64,000 nt of DNA from positions 1 through 64,000 of the IMG/VR virus record IMGVR_UViG_3300043775_002839. One strand, written 5' to 3'. The DNA is from a virus. Numbering within the stretch: the first letter of the stretch is position 1; each line of letters begins with the position of its first letter. A model generated the notes under the pieces. It did not search any database, had not been told where the DNA came from, and saw only the letters and a list, made by a program, of their open reading frames with translations. The translations under genes were made by a program, and so were the position numbers. Below, one piece after another: positions 29,196-39,066 of this stretch.

Positions 29196-30592
29196 TGATA
29201 TTAGACATCGAACAGCGTGAAAAAGATGTTATCATTTCATACTACAATGACAAGGGAGAAGTAGCATTCAAGCAATATCCAGTGGACAAATTCCAAAATT
29301 GGTATGTTTGCGATGACAAAGACAAAGCGGCCAGTCCAGACTATAAAAACTGGGATGGCCGACCTGTTAAGCTTGGTTATGGAAGACAATTCAATAAGTT
29401 CTCTATTCTTTATTTTTTAGATAATCTTTCAGAGAAAGATAAAAAAGACCTAACAGCATATAATATGCCAAAGACCTATTTTGTCGATATTGAAACTGAA
29501 ATTGTCGATGGCTTTCCAAAAGCCGAAGAGGCCAAAAGCCGAATTCTTTCATTCTCAATAATTACTCCAGACCGTAAAGCAATCGTGCTTGGACTGGAAG
29601 ATATGGCCCCAGATAAAATCCAAAAGATTCAAGATGATACCAATGAGTATTTCAAAGACTTTGATATGGACTGGGAATTTAAGTACCATAAGTTCAAGTC
29701 AGAGTATGATATGGTGTACACTTTCTTAATGAAATTCTTACCAAAGTTTCCAATGATGACTGGTTGGAATTTTATCAACTATGACTGGCAATATATTGTT
29801 AATCGATGTAAGAGACTTCAAATTGATATTAAAGAAGTTGGCATGACCCATTCAATCGATCATACTGACGGTCGACCTCTTCATATCGGAATTCTTGACT
29901 ACATGCAATTGTATGACAAATATGACCGAACCGTAAAAGTTAAAGAATCTAACTCTTTGGATTATGTTTCTAGTCAAGTCCTTAATGTTAATAAAATCAA
30001 GTTCACTGGCTCACTACAGGACTTATACCGGGATAACTTTGTCAAGTACATATATTACAATGTTGTCGATTCAGTACTTGTATATTACATTGACCAGAAG
30101 TTGAAGTCGATGGAGGTACTACTAACCTTGGCAAACATTACTAATATGCCATTATATAAAGCAAGTTCTCCAGTGGCAGTTACTGAAGCGATTATGGCCA
30201 GAAAACTTGCTGAGCAAGGAATGCGAATTGGAAGTGAAGAAAAATCTGACAGTCAAAAAGATGGCCAATATGCTGGAGCATTCGTAAAAGAACCAATCTT
30301 AGGATTCTATGAAGGTGTAAGTGCATTCGATTTTGCTTCACTATACCCTTCGATCATGAGACAGTTCAATATATCTCCAGATGCGTACATCGAAAAGATT
30401 TATAAAAGTGAAATTGAAGAGCGCAGAAAGAACAAAGAAGTTATTGTTTGTGATAATGGTGTAGTTTACAAGACCGAAGATTCTATTCTAAGAAAAATAT
30501 TAAGTGACCTTTATGCACAGCGTAAAGATTATAAAAAAACTTCTTATGAATATTTCACAAAAGCAGACCGGTTGAAAAAACTACTCCAATAA
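29195..30592 (+). CDS. gp43A: Family B DNA polymerase, N-terminal subunit (exonuclease + motif A)
   Basis: ExoI DIETE, ExoII GWNFINYD, ExoIII YNVVD, motif A DFASLYPS; ends after RKDYKK in the fingers. Confidence 0.9.
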   Translation: MILDIEQREKDVIISYYNDKGEVAFKQYPVDKFQNWYVCDDKDKAASPDYKNWDGRPVKLGYGRQFNKFSILYFLDNLSEKDKKDLTAYNMPKTYFVDIETEIVDGFPKAEEAKSRILSFSIITPDRKAIVLGLEDMAPDKIQKIQDDTNEYFKDFDMDWEFKYHKFKSEYDMVYTFLMKFLPKFPMMTGWNFINYDWQYIVNRCKRLQIDIKEVGMTHSIDHTDGRPLHIGILDYMQLYDKYDRTVKVKESNSLDYVSSQVLNVNKIKFTGSLQDLYRDNFVKYIYYNVVDSVLVYYIDQKLKSMEVLLTLANITNMPLYKASSPVAVTEAIMARKLAEQGMRIGSEEKSDSQKDGQYAGAFVKEPILGFYEGVSAFDFASLYPSIMRQFNISPDAYIEKIYKSEIEERRKNKEVIVCDNGVVYKTEDSILRKILSDLYAQRKDYKKTSYEYFTKADRLKKLLQ

Positions 30593-30627
30593 AACGTATA
30601 TATAAATTTCTAAAAAAAACCCCATCA

Positions 30628-31605
30628 ATGAGCAATATCTTTCAAAAACGCGTAAATATTTTACCTTACGAATACCCTTCCCTATTAGCATACAAAGACG
30701 CAATCCGTCACTCATATTGGATTCATACCGAATTTAACTTTACAACAGATATTGATGACTTTATGACTAAAGTATCTGACTCAGAGCGTGAAGTAATTAA
30801 AAGATCGATGCTTGCAATTGCACAAATCGAGGTTAATGTTAAAACTTTTTGGGCAGATCTTTATAAAAGAATGCCAATCACTGAAATTGGAGATGTTGGT
30901 ATGACATTTGCAGAAAGTGAAGTGAGACATAAAGATGCTTACGCACAATTATTAAGAATCCTAGGATTAGAAGACGAATTCCAACATGTAGTAGAGATTC
31001 CAGCAATTAAAGATAGAATTGCATACTTAAGCAAGTATTTGGACGGTACAAGAAGTAAGGACAATAAAATGTATACGAAATCCGTACTGCTATTTTCATT
31101 GTTTATAGAGCATGTTAGCCTATTTAGTCAATTCTTTATTATGATGTCCTTTAACAAGGAGAAAAACCTATTTAAAGGTATTTCAAATGTAGTTGAAGCG
31201 ACAAGTAAAGAGGAGGAAATCCATGGAAACTTTGGTTCTGAGTTGATTAACATTATTAAGAGAGAGAACCCAGAATGGTTTGATGAGGAATTTGAAAATC
31301 TTATAGATTCTGCTTGTAAAAAAGCATACCTAGCAGAGGTTAAAATTCTTGATTGGATTTTTGAAAAAGGTGAACTTGATTTCCTATCAAAAGAAACTAT
31401 CAAACAATTTATTCAAAATCGTTTTAATAATTCCCTACAGCGAATTGGAATGAAACCTGTATTTGAAGTTGATTTTACAGAAATTGAAAAATCTCTATGG
31501 TTTGATGTTGAGATTCTTTCAACAAAGGAGGGAGACTTTTTCTATAAAAAGCAAATTGATTATTTTAAGAAAGGTAAGTCAATTACCGAAGACGATTTGT
31601 TTTAA
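30628..31605 (+). CDS. nrdB: Ribonucleotide reductase class I beta subunit
   Basis: IAQIE, SEVRH..AY, FIEHVSLFSQF, KEEEIH, DFF. Confidence 0.93.
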   Translation: MSNIFQKRVNILPYEYPSLLAYKDAIRHSYWIHTEFNFTTDIDDFMTKVSDSEREVIKRSMLAIAQIEVNVKTFWADLYKRMPITEIGDVGMTFAESEVRHKDAYAQLLRILGLEDEFQHVVEIPAIKDRIAYLSKYLDGTRSKDNKMYTKSVLLFSLFIEHVSLFSQFFIMMSFNKEKNLFKGISNVVEATSKEEEIHGNFGSELINIIKRENPEWFDEEFENLIDSACKKAYLAEVKILDWIFEKGELDFLSKETIKQFIQNRFNNSLQRIGMKPVFEVDFTEIEKSLWFDVEILSTKEGDFFYKKQIDYFKKGKSITEDDLF

Positions 31606-31674
31606 TTAATGTCCTTTTTTGATAAAAAAATTCAGATGATTGAGATATATAAACTATAAAAATATAACAATCAA

Positions 31675-32496
31675 ATGAATTGGACAATCATATATAAAAA
31701 CTTAATAGATAATGCAATCTTAGAAAAAAGAACTAAAAGTACTGAAATATATTATGAAAATCATCATATTGTTCCAAAACACATGGGAGGTGATAATTCA
31801 AAAGATAATTTAGTACTTTTGACATTTAGAGAGCATGTATTAGCGCACTATTTGTTATGGAGAATCCATGGATGTGAGGGTGATAAATTAATGTATTCTC
31901 TTAGAAATCTTCAAACCGAAGAGGCTCAAAGATTAAGAGTTAAATTAGCAGTTGAAGCAAATAGAAATGGAGGTAAAGGATTTAGACTATGGGATGGCGA
32001 TAAAAATCCAATGAAAGATCCGAAAAAAGTTCAAAAAATGATTGAAACCAAAAAGGAAAAATACAATGGACATGTAATATCTAGCGAAGCAATGGAAAAT
32101 TGGTACTCTGGAGTTTCAAACCATTTAAAAGAAATGGCAAAGGACCCTGAAATTCAAGAAAAAAGGTCTAATACTATTAAACAAATTAATGCAACCCTAA
32201 CGCCGGAAGAATTTGCACTAAAATATAATAATGCTGGTGAAAACAATGGAAACTTTGGATGGATTAAAGGGTATTATGAAGTAGTTGATCCGGATGGAAA
32301 TGTTACTAAATATGAAAGTCAAGAGAACATTATAAAAGAATTAAATGTATCTCAATCTTTTTTGGTTAGAAATAGAAACAAAGGAGTATTATATACAAAA
32401 CCAAAAAAGAATGCCGGACAATGGAACGGATGGACTTTTAATTACTTTAAGCTTCCATGTCCAACTACGGGTAGAATACAAAAAGAACATAAATAA
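31675..32496 (+). mobile_element. Free-standing HNH homing endonuclease (Mob-like) between nrdB and nrdA
   Basis: ENHHIVPKHMGG...NLV.LT.REH..AH.LL; own GATATATA promoter at 31644. Confidence 0.85.
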
Positions 32497-32522
32497 TAAA
32501 ATTTAAAAACAAATTAAACTAA

Positions 32523-34148
32523 ATGGAATACGAAAAGAATTACTGGCTTAACGAAGACAGTAGAACATTTTTATCTAGAGGCTATATTACTGAATCTCCA
32601 GAGCAGCGAATTAAAGATGTAGCAAATACCGCAGAAAAGGACTTAAAAATTGAAGGATTTGCAAAAAAGTTTGAGGACTATATGACTAGAGGATTCTATA
32701 GTTTATCAACTCCAGTTTGGATTAATTATGGAAAAGACAAAGGACTTCCGGTTAGTTGTTATGGAAGTAACGTAGATGATACTTTAGATAGTATTTTAAA
32801 TGGAAGTAGAGAAGTTGGAATGATGTCAAAATACGGAGGAGGAACCTCTGCATTTTTAGGAAACATCAGAGCAAGAGGTACTAAGATTTCAACAGGTGGA
32901 ACTGCCGATGGTCCAGTGCACTATGCAAGATTATATGATACAACAGTTGATGTATGTAAACAATCAGAGGCCAGAAGAGGAGCATGTGCAGTTTGGTTAC
33001 CAGTTGAACACGATGACATTTTAGAATTTTTAGACATTGGAACTGATGGAAATCCAATTCAAAATCTACAATATGGAGTTACTGTTACCGATGCTTGGAT
33101 TGCTGAAATGAAAGCAGGAGACGCAGACAAACGTAAAATTTGGGCTAAAATAATTCAAAGACGTAATGAGTTTGGCTTTCCTTACATTATGTTTAAAGAT
33201 AATACCAATAACAATTCACCGTACAAAGAGTTAGGACTTGAAATTACTGCAAGTAACCTATGTAGTGAAATTCAATTACCAACCGACAGTTTCAATTCAT
33301 TTGTATGTTGTTTAGGTTCTATTAATCTATTACACTGGGACGAAATTAAAGAAACTGATGCGATTGAAGTTTACACAATGTTCTTAAACGCAGTAATGGA
33401 CGAATTCGTTAACAAGTCTTATAACATGCCTGGAATGAAAAGAGCATGGAGATTTGCAAATGACCACAGAGCGCTGGGTCTTGGAGTATTGGGTTATCAT
33501 TCCCTGTTTCAATCTAAATTAATCAGTTTTGATTCACTTCAAGCAAAACAATTAAACCATGAAATCTTTTCAACACTAAAGGAAAAGAGCGAAGCGGCTT
33601 CTAGATTATTACATGACGAGAAAGGTTACAAATCAATCCGACCAGGATATGCAAACACTACGCTAGTTGCGATTGCTCCAACCAAAAGTAGTTCATTTAT
33701 CCTAGGACAAGTAAGTATGGGAATTGAACCAATCAAATCTAATTATTTTATCAAAGATTTGGCCAAGTCAAAAACTATTTACAAAAATCCTTTCTTAATT
33801 CAAGAGTTAGACAAATATGGTTTAAATACACCAGATGTTTGGGAAGGAATATTAAAGCGCGATGGAAGTGTACAACACTTAGACTTTCCAACTAAAGAGG
33901 TTTTTAAATCTTTTGTTGAAATCAGTCCAAAGGAAATAGTACTACAAGCGGCTCAAAGACAGCATTTTATTGACCAATCGCAGTCACTAAACCTAATGAT
34001 ACATCCATCAGTTTCGGCTAAGGATATTAATACACTATACCTTTACGCTCATGAGGAAGGGGTTAAAACATTATACTATCAATTTAGTCAAAGTTCAGCC
34101 CAGTCTTTTGCAAGAGACATTTTAGAATGCTCAAGCTGTGAGGCATAA
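32523..34148 (+). CDS. nrdA: Ribonucleotide reductase class I alpha subunit (compact, no ATP cone)
   Basis: PVSC, GGG, SNLCSEI, IAPTKSSS, DQSQS, KTLYY, C-terminal CSSCEA. Confidence 0.93.
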   Translation: MEYEKNYWLNEDSRTFLSRGYITESPEQRIKDVANTAEKDLKIEGFAKKFEDYMTRGFYSLSTPVWINYGKDKGLPVSCYGSNVDDTLDSILNGSREVGMMSKYGGGTSAFLGNIRARGTKISTGGTADGPVHYARLYDTTVDVCKQSEARRGACAVWLPVEHDDILEFLDIGTDGNPIQNLQYGVTVTDAWIAEMKAGDADKRKIWAKIIQRRNEFGFPYIMFKDNTNNNSPYKELGLEITASNLCSEIQLPTDSFNSFVCCLGSINLLHWDEIKETDAIEVYTMFLNAVMDEFVNKSYNMPGMKRAWRFANDHRALGLGVLGYHSLFQSKLISFDSLQAKQLNHEIFSTLKEKSEAASRLLHDEKGYKSIRPGYANTTLVAIAPTKSSSFILGQVSMGIEPIKSNYFIKDLAKSKTIYKNPFLIQELDKYGLNTPDVWEGILKRDGSVQHLDFPTKEVFKSFVEISPKEIVLQAAQRQHFIDQSQSLNLMIHPSVSAKDINTLYLYAHEEGVKTLYYQFSQSSAQSFARDILECSSCEA

Positions 34149-34207
34149 AAGACCGGCAATCTGAAACATGATTGCATTTTAGGACCGGGACTAGTTCACG
34201 GAGGTGT

Positions 34208-34239
34208 AAAGCAGGGAATTCGCTACTCCCTGCTTTTTT
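34208..34239 (+). terminator. Rho-independent terminator
   Basis: AAAGCAGGGA-loop-TCCCTGCTTT followed by a T-run. Confidence 0.75.
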
Positions 34240-34330
34240 ATTTTTAAAAATTTATGAATATATAATTAATAAAAATCTAAATAAGAACCCCTCCTCAGGA
34301 TAGAATCGGAGGACCGACTCACACGAGTTT

Positions 34331-34357
34331 AACCTGTCAGTAATGACAGGTTTTTTT
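34331..34357 (+). terminator. Rho-independent terminator
   Basis: AACCTGTCA-GTAA-TGACAGGTT followed by a T-run. Confidence 0.75.
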
Positions 34358-34413
34358 ATGTGAAACAAAACCCCTTTTTTGTCTATAATATTAAAATAAT
34401 TTAAACACTAAAT

Positions 34414-35169
34414 ATGAAAATTAAAATTGACAAAGTAGACCAAAACAATTTCATCGGTTTTGTGAATAGACTTAAGGTTATCGATACCTTTATCTACTTT
34501 AAAATCAAGGATGAAGTGGTACAGGCATCTGCCTATCTTCCACAAAGAGATGCTGTAAAACATCACAGAATTCCAGTGTCGCAAGTATTCCAATTGGAAG
34601 ACGGCGCTATTAACACATCAAAAGAATTAAAAATTGCTTTCTTTGATGCTGGTCGTTTAACTGACGCATTTAAACAATTTGAATTTGGAAACATCCAAGC
34701 TGAAATTGAATTTGTAGAAAATGACGAGGATTTTGTAGCAACTGAGTTCCGTATTTTCAACAATGAATTGGAAATTAAACTTGCATGTTCTGAGCCTTCA
34801 TTAGGTTATAAAGACCTTACAGATGCTCAAATTGCAGGAATCTTTAATATTGACGCAGCAAACTATGTATTTGACATGGATTATACTGCAACTTCAAAAG
34901 TTCGTTCTCTTTTTGGATTGGACAAAGAAGAAACTTTCACGATCTCAACTAATGCAGAAGGTGTCCGAATGAAAGGTAAAACTTACAACTACCTTGTGAC
35001 TGATTCATTCCAAGGAACCAATCCTGGAAATGTAACTCTTTTCAAAAAATATTTAAACCTATTAGACAAAGAAGATTATTCAGCAAATGTTATGGATAAC
35101 AGAGTAGTATTACGCTCAAAAGATTCAGAAACATTACTAACTATCGCTACTTGCCAAACTGCTGAATAA
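34414..35169 (+). CDS. Probable sliding clamp (gp45-like)
   Basis: 251 aa, acidic, two-fold alpha/beta pattern, directly upstream of the polymerase C-terminal gene; weak motif evidence. Confidence 0.5.
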   Translation: MKIKIDKVDQNNFIGFVNRLKVIDTFIYFKIKDEVVQASAYLPQRDAVKHHRIPVSQVFQLEDGAINTSKELKIAFFDAGRLTDAFKQFEFGNIQAEIEFVENDEDFVATEFRIFNNELEIKLACSEPSLGYKDLTDAQIAGIFNIDAANYVFDMDYTATSKVRSLFGLDKEETFTISTNAEGVRMKGKTYNYLVTDSFQGTNPGNVTLFKKYLNLLDKEDYSANVMDNRVVLRSKDSETLLTIATCQTAE

Positions 35170-35172
35170 TTT

Positions 35173-36369
35173 ATGACAATCGAAGAATTAATACTAAAAC
35201 CAGAAGGTGAGTTATCACAAGATGAAATTAAAATATTGGTTGAGCATTATTCTATGTTGTCAGCAAAGTTCGGTGCCTATGAGCAAGCAGTAAAAGTAAT
35301 GCTTAACTCAATCTATGGTGCATTCGGTAATAAATGGTTTCACTTTTTTAATATAGACATCGCAGAATCTATTACCTTACAGGGACAGTCTGCGATTCTA
35401 TATTCTGAGAAGATACTAAATAAGTACTTTCAAGAGTTCTGGACTAAAGACAAGGCAGTTCATGAGTTTTTTAACATCGGAGTTAAGAGCAAATTGGTGC
35501 GACCTTCAGTAGTCTATATTGATACCGATTCTTGTTATGTACAGTTTGAAGAGATGTATGAATCTATCGAATGGCTTGGAGACAAGTTATCGATTGACCA
35601 ATTCATTATGAAATTGTATAACTTTAGACTTAAGGATTATATCTTTAAGTGTATGGAGAAATATGCCGAAGCCACTAATACTGAAAACTTCCTCCAGTTT
35701 GAATTGGAAACGATTGCATACTCTGGAATTTGGTTAGCTAAGAAAAAATACCTGCAGAATATTGCATGGGAAGATAAAATCGGAATCGAAGAACGTTACC
35801 CTTCGCTTAAGAAAGTGAAAACCATCGGATTTGATACAATTCAAAGTTCAACTCCAGCTCTTGCAAGAAAGCAATTAACTGAGATACTTAAACTGATTCT
35901 TTCAGAAAAACCTACTGCTTCTCTATTAAAGAGACTTGTAGACCATTTGAAACAATGTAAAAAAGAATTTCAGCTGGCAAGTGTTGATGAGATATGTTTT
36001 AATAAAAGAACTAACAATATTGAAAAATATATTGTAGATGATACTGTAGAATTTCAATATGGTTTAAAATGTCCGCCAAACGTTAAAGCTGCTGGTTTTT
36101 ATAATTTCTTAATGAATCAAAATCCAAAGCACAAGAACAAATATAAGATGATTGGTAATGGTGAAAAGTTAAAACTATACCACTGTAAACATGGAACTTG
36201 CGAAATATTTGCATACCAACCAGGATCTCATCCCTATGAAATCGCTCCTCAAGTTGACTATGAAACACAATTTGAAAAGAGTGTTATAGACCCATTGAAC
36301 CGGGTTCTTACTGCAGTTGGTTTACACACATTAAATAGAAACTTAATTTATTCAACCTCATTATTTTAA
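35173..36369 (+). CDS. gp43B: Family B DNA polymerase, C-terminal subunit (motifs B, C, thumb)
   Basis: Motif B KVMLNSIYG, motif C YIDTDS, KKKY, C-terminal clamp-binding-like TSLF. Confidence 0.9.
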   Translation: MTIEELILKPEGELSQDEIKILVEHYSMLSAKFGAYEQAVKVMLNSIYGAFGNKWFHFFNIDIAESITLQGQSAILYSEKILNKYFQEFWTKDKAVHEFFNIGVKSKLVRPSVVYIDTDSCYVQFEEMYESIEWLGDKLSIDQFIMKLYNFRLKDYIFKCMEKYAEATNTENFLQFELETIAYSGIWLAKKKYLQNIAWEDKIGIEERYPSLKKVKTIGFDTIQSSTPALARKQLTEILKLILSEKPTASLLKRLVDHLKQCKKEFQLASVDEICFNKRTNNIEKYIVDDTVEFQYGLKCPPNVKAAGFYNFLMNQNPKHKNKYKMIGNGEKLKLYHCKHGTCEIFAYQPGSHPYEIAPQVDYETQFEKSVIDPLNRVLTAVGLHTLNRNLIYSTSLF

Positions 36370-36371
36370 AT

Positions 36372-36563
36372 ATGGATATAGATATCGAAGACTTAACCCA
36401 AGACCAAAAAGAATATGTCAATCAGTACAGGAGAATTAATTCTAGACTAGAATCTCTTATGAAACAAATGTCAATAATACAAAACGAGACCAAAGGTCTA
36501 ATAGAGGAACTTGAAGACCTCCGAAAAAAAGAAACAAAACAATATAAAAATGGCAAAAAATAG
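36372..36563 (+). CDS. Small coiled-coil hypothetical protein
   Basis: 63 aa ORF within the operon. Confidence 0.45.
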   Translation: MDIDIEDLTQDQKEYVNQYRRINSRLESLMKQMSIIQNETKGLIEELEDLRKKETKQYKNGKK

Positions 36564-37509
36564 ATTTACATTTGACGATTTAAACGCAGAACTTGCGGGA
36601 TTAAACCCATTAGGTTCTGTTATGGATAAATCAGACTTCTCTGAAGTTACTGAATGGATTCATACCGGAAACTATCACTTAAATGCATGCCTTTCTGGAG
36701 ATTTATTCGGCGGCTGGCCAAACAACAGGTCTTGTTCGATTGCTGGACCATCAGGAACAGGTAAAACTTTCTTGACACTGAATTCAGTTCGAGAGGCAAT
36801 TAACATGGGTTACTATGTAATCTATTATGATTCAGAGGCTGCAGTTGACAAGGACCAGATGGTAAAATTTGGTATTGATGTAACTAAAGTAAACTATCAA
36901 CCTGTAAATACAGTGCAGGCATTTAGAACTTCAGTAACTTCAATTACTCAGAAAATGCAAGAGGTTAAAAGAAAGGGTGGAGAGATTCAAAAGATTATGA
37001 TTATCTTAGATAGTGCCGGTAACCTTGCAACACAAAAAGAAATCGATGATGCTGCAACTGGAAGTGAGAAGGCAGATATGACACGTTCTAAAATGTTAAA
37101 GTCAATCTTTAGAATTATCATGACGCCATTGGCTGACCTAAAAATTCCTTTCCTATTTACAAATCATACATACCAAACACAAGACTTTATATCACGTCAA
37201 GTTGCCGGAGGTGGTTGTTTAATTGCAGGTTCTAAAATTAGAATGTCAGATGATTCTTTAAAAGCTATAGAAGATATTAAAGAAGGAGACTTAATTAAAA
37301 CATTGCTAGGCGATAAAGAAATAGAAAATACTTGGACATTTAATAAAAAAACATATCAAATAGAGTTTGAAGATGGTAGCATAATTGAATGCTCGGAAGA
37401 CCATAGATTTTTTATAGGAGATGTAAATGATGACCCTCTAGATAATAAAAATTGGATATTTGCTAAAGATTTGGTAAAAAATAACGAAGTATCTAGATAT
37501 ATATTATAG
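36550..37509 (+). CDS. uvsX: UvsX/RecA recombinase N-extein fused to N-terminal split intein (IntN 37216-37506)
   Basis: Walker A GPSGTGKT, YDSE, LDS, NHTY; then GGG|CLIAGSKI...IECSEDHRF (intein blocks A and B) followed by a stop. Confidence 0.9.
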   Translation: MAKNRFTFDDLNAELAGLNPLGSVMDKSDFSEVTEWIHTGNYHLNACLSGDLFGGWPNNRSCSIAGPSGTGKTFLTLNSVREAINMGYYVIYYDSEAAVDKDQMVKFGIDVTKVNYQPVNTVQAFRTSVTSITQKMQEVKRKGGEIQKIMIILDSAGNLATQKEIDDAATGSEKADMTRSKMLKSIFRIIMTPLADLKIPFLFTNHTYQTQDFISRQVAGGGCLIAGSKIRMSDDSLKAIEDIKEGDLIKTLLGDKEIENTWTFNKKTYQIEFEDGSIIECSEDHRFFIGDVNDDPLDNKNWIFAKDLVKNNEVSRYIL

Positions 37510-37552
37510 GAGGTGGTATACCACCTCCCTTAATTTAAAAAATATCTTAAAA

Positions 37553-38545
37553 ATGCCAGTACTTAAAGAATATATCAATCCGGATTTAATAGAATTTAAA
37601 AATCTATTAATTAAACACTATCCAGATTTAAACGCTGACAATGCACAGTATATTTTAGAACTTTATTCTTTTGTTTATACCGATAAAATAAAAGGAATGG
37701 TGGATTTTAATTCTAAATGCCAATTATTTTTTAAACAATTTAGAAATGGAAAATCACACTCTTTTTTATCAAAAGAATATTGGATATCAATGGGACATTC
37801 AATAGAATATGCAAGTAAGAAAGTAAGCGAAAGTCAGAAAATTAACAGTCCTCTAAATAAAGAACATTGGTTAAAAAAAGGATTTAGTGAAAATGATGCG
37901 ATTATTAAAATAAAAGAAATTCAATCAAATAGGAGCAATCTTAGATATGAAAAGTATACCAAAGAAGAAATTTCAAGACAAAGCACATGGTCTATAGATT
38001 ATTGGATTAATAAAGGATTCTCAAAGGAAGATGCTATAAAAAAAGTCCATGAAAAAAATTATTCATGTAGAGAATTTTGGAATAGTGATGATGAATATAA
38101 TGAGATTAAAAAAATAATATCTAAAAAAACTTCAGATTTTATTAAAAACAATCCAGAGATTTATAAATCTTTTTTTGGAAGTATTTCTAAGGAAGAAATT
38201 TCATTTTTTAAAGACATTTCAACACATATTAATAATATTAAACATATAGAATTCATTGTCAATATAAAAAAATCTAAAGAACTAGAACAAGGAATAATAA
38301 AATACGATGGTTATTTTAAAGATGATGATTCATTAATTCTAATAGAGTATGATGGATTGTATTGGCATAAACAAGACTATGACGAGATAAAGGATAAAAT
38401 ATGTTTAGAAACAAGAAATGATGTTAATGGTATAATAAGAATAAGTTGCGATGCTTATAAAAATAATAATAAAATAATCAATTTAATACAAGATGCAATT
38501 AGAAAAATTAAAAATAAAGAATGTAACAGAGTTAAAATCTACTAA
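37553..38545 (+). mobile_element. Free-standing homing endonuclease (PD-(D/E)xK/Vsr-like) between the split-intein halves
   Basis: Repeated YW..KG.S..A modules; C-terminal KYDG...LIEYDGLYWH. Confidence 0.75.
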
Positions 38546-39065
38546 AGTATATGACCTTACTGTAGAAGACGCTCAGCATTACATCTCAGAAAATGGAGTG
38601 ATTAATCACAACACAGGACCTGAATACGCCGCTTCAATAGTTCTTATGTTAAATAAGGCGCAATTAAAGGATGGTGATAAAAAAGTTGGTATCGTTGTAA
38701 CCGCCAAGCCTGACAAGAATCGTTTCGCAAAACCCCACCCAATTAAATTCCACCTTGACTTTACTAAAGGTATGAATCCTTATGTTGGATTAGAACAATA
38801 TGCAACATGGGATATTTGTGGAATCACAAGAGGTTCTATTGAGAAAGGTGTTAAAACTCCTAAATCAACTGCAAGAGGATGGATTTGTAAACATCTTGAT
38901 GAGACTGTTTCTAATGCAGAATTCTTTACTGAAAAGGTATTTACAAGAGAGGTACTTGAACAAATTAATGAGCACCTTAAGCCAATTTTTAATTATAATA
39001 CTTCGGCTGAAACTCTTAATAATGAAATTGGAGACTTATTAAACGAGGACTTAGATACTGAATAA
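38493..39065 (+). CDS. uvsX: C-terminal split intein (40 aa, 38493-38612) fused to UvsX C-extein
   Basis: KVYDLTVEDAQHYISENGVINHN|TGPEYAAS; downstream KNRF is a UvsX/RecA motif. Confidence 0.9.
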   Translation: MQLEKLKIKNVTELKSTKVYDLTVEDAQHYISENGVINHNTGPEYAASIVLMLNKAQLKDGDKKVGIVVTAKPDKNRFAKPHPIKFHLDFTKGMNPYVGLEQYATWDICGITRGSIEKGVKTPKSTARGWICKHLDETVSNAEFFTEKVFTREVLEQINEHLKPIFNYNTSAETLNNEIGDLLNEDLDTE

Positions 39066-39066
39066 T

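Noticed and set aside
31606-32522. HNH gene as part of an intron in nrdB or nrdA
   Set aside because: Both RNR genes appear complete and the flanks are short and AT-rich with no room for a ribozyme core; the gene is free-standing
34149-34357. tRNA genes
   Set aside because: No cloverleaf with a T-loop GTTCGA and a matching acceptor stem could be built; no tRNA was recognised anywhere in the window
30593-35172. Group I intron or split intein joining the two polymerase halves
   Set aside because: No Cys/Ser-start or HN-end intein motifs at the ends, and the interval is filled by complete genes with terminators
37507-37533. TAG reassignment (code 15) or readthrough explaining the broken uvsX
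   Set aside because: Reading through the TAG hits TAA seven codons later; IntN, the endonuclease and IntC are in three different frames; other genes are intact in the standard code and TAG ends genes normally (4495, 63640)
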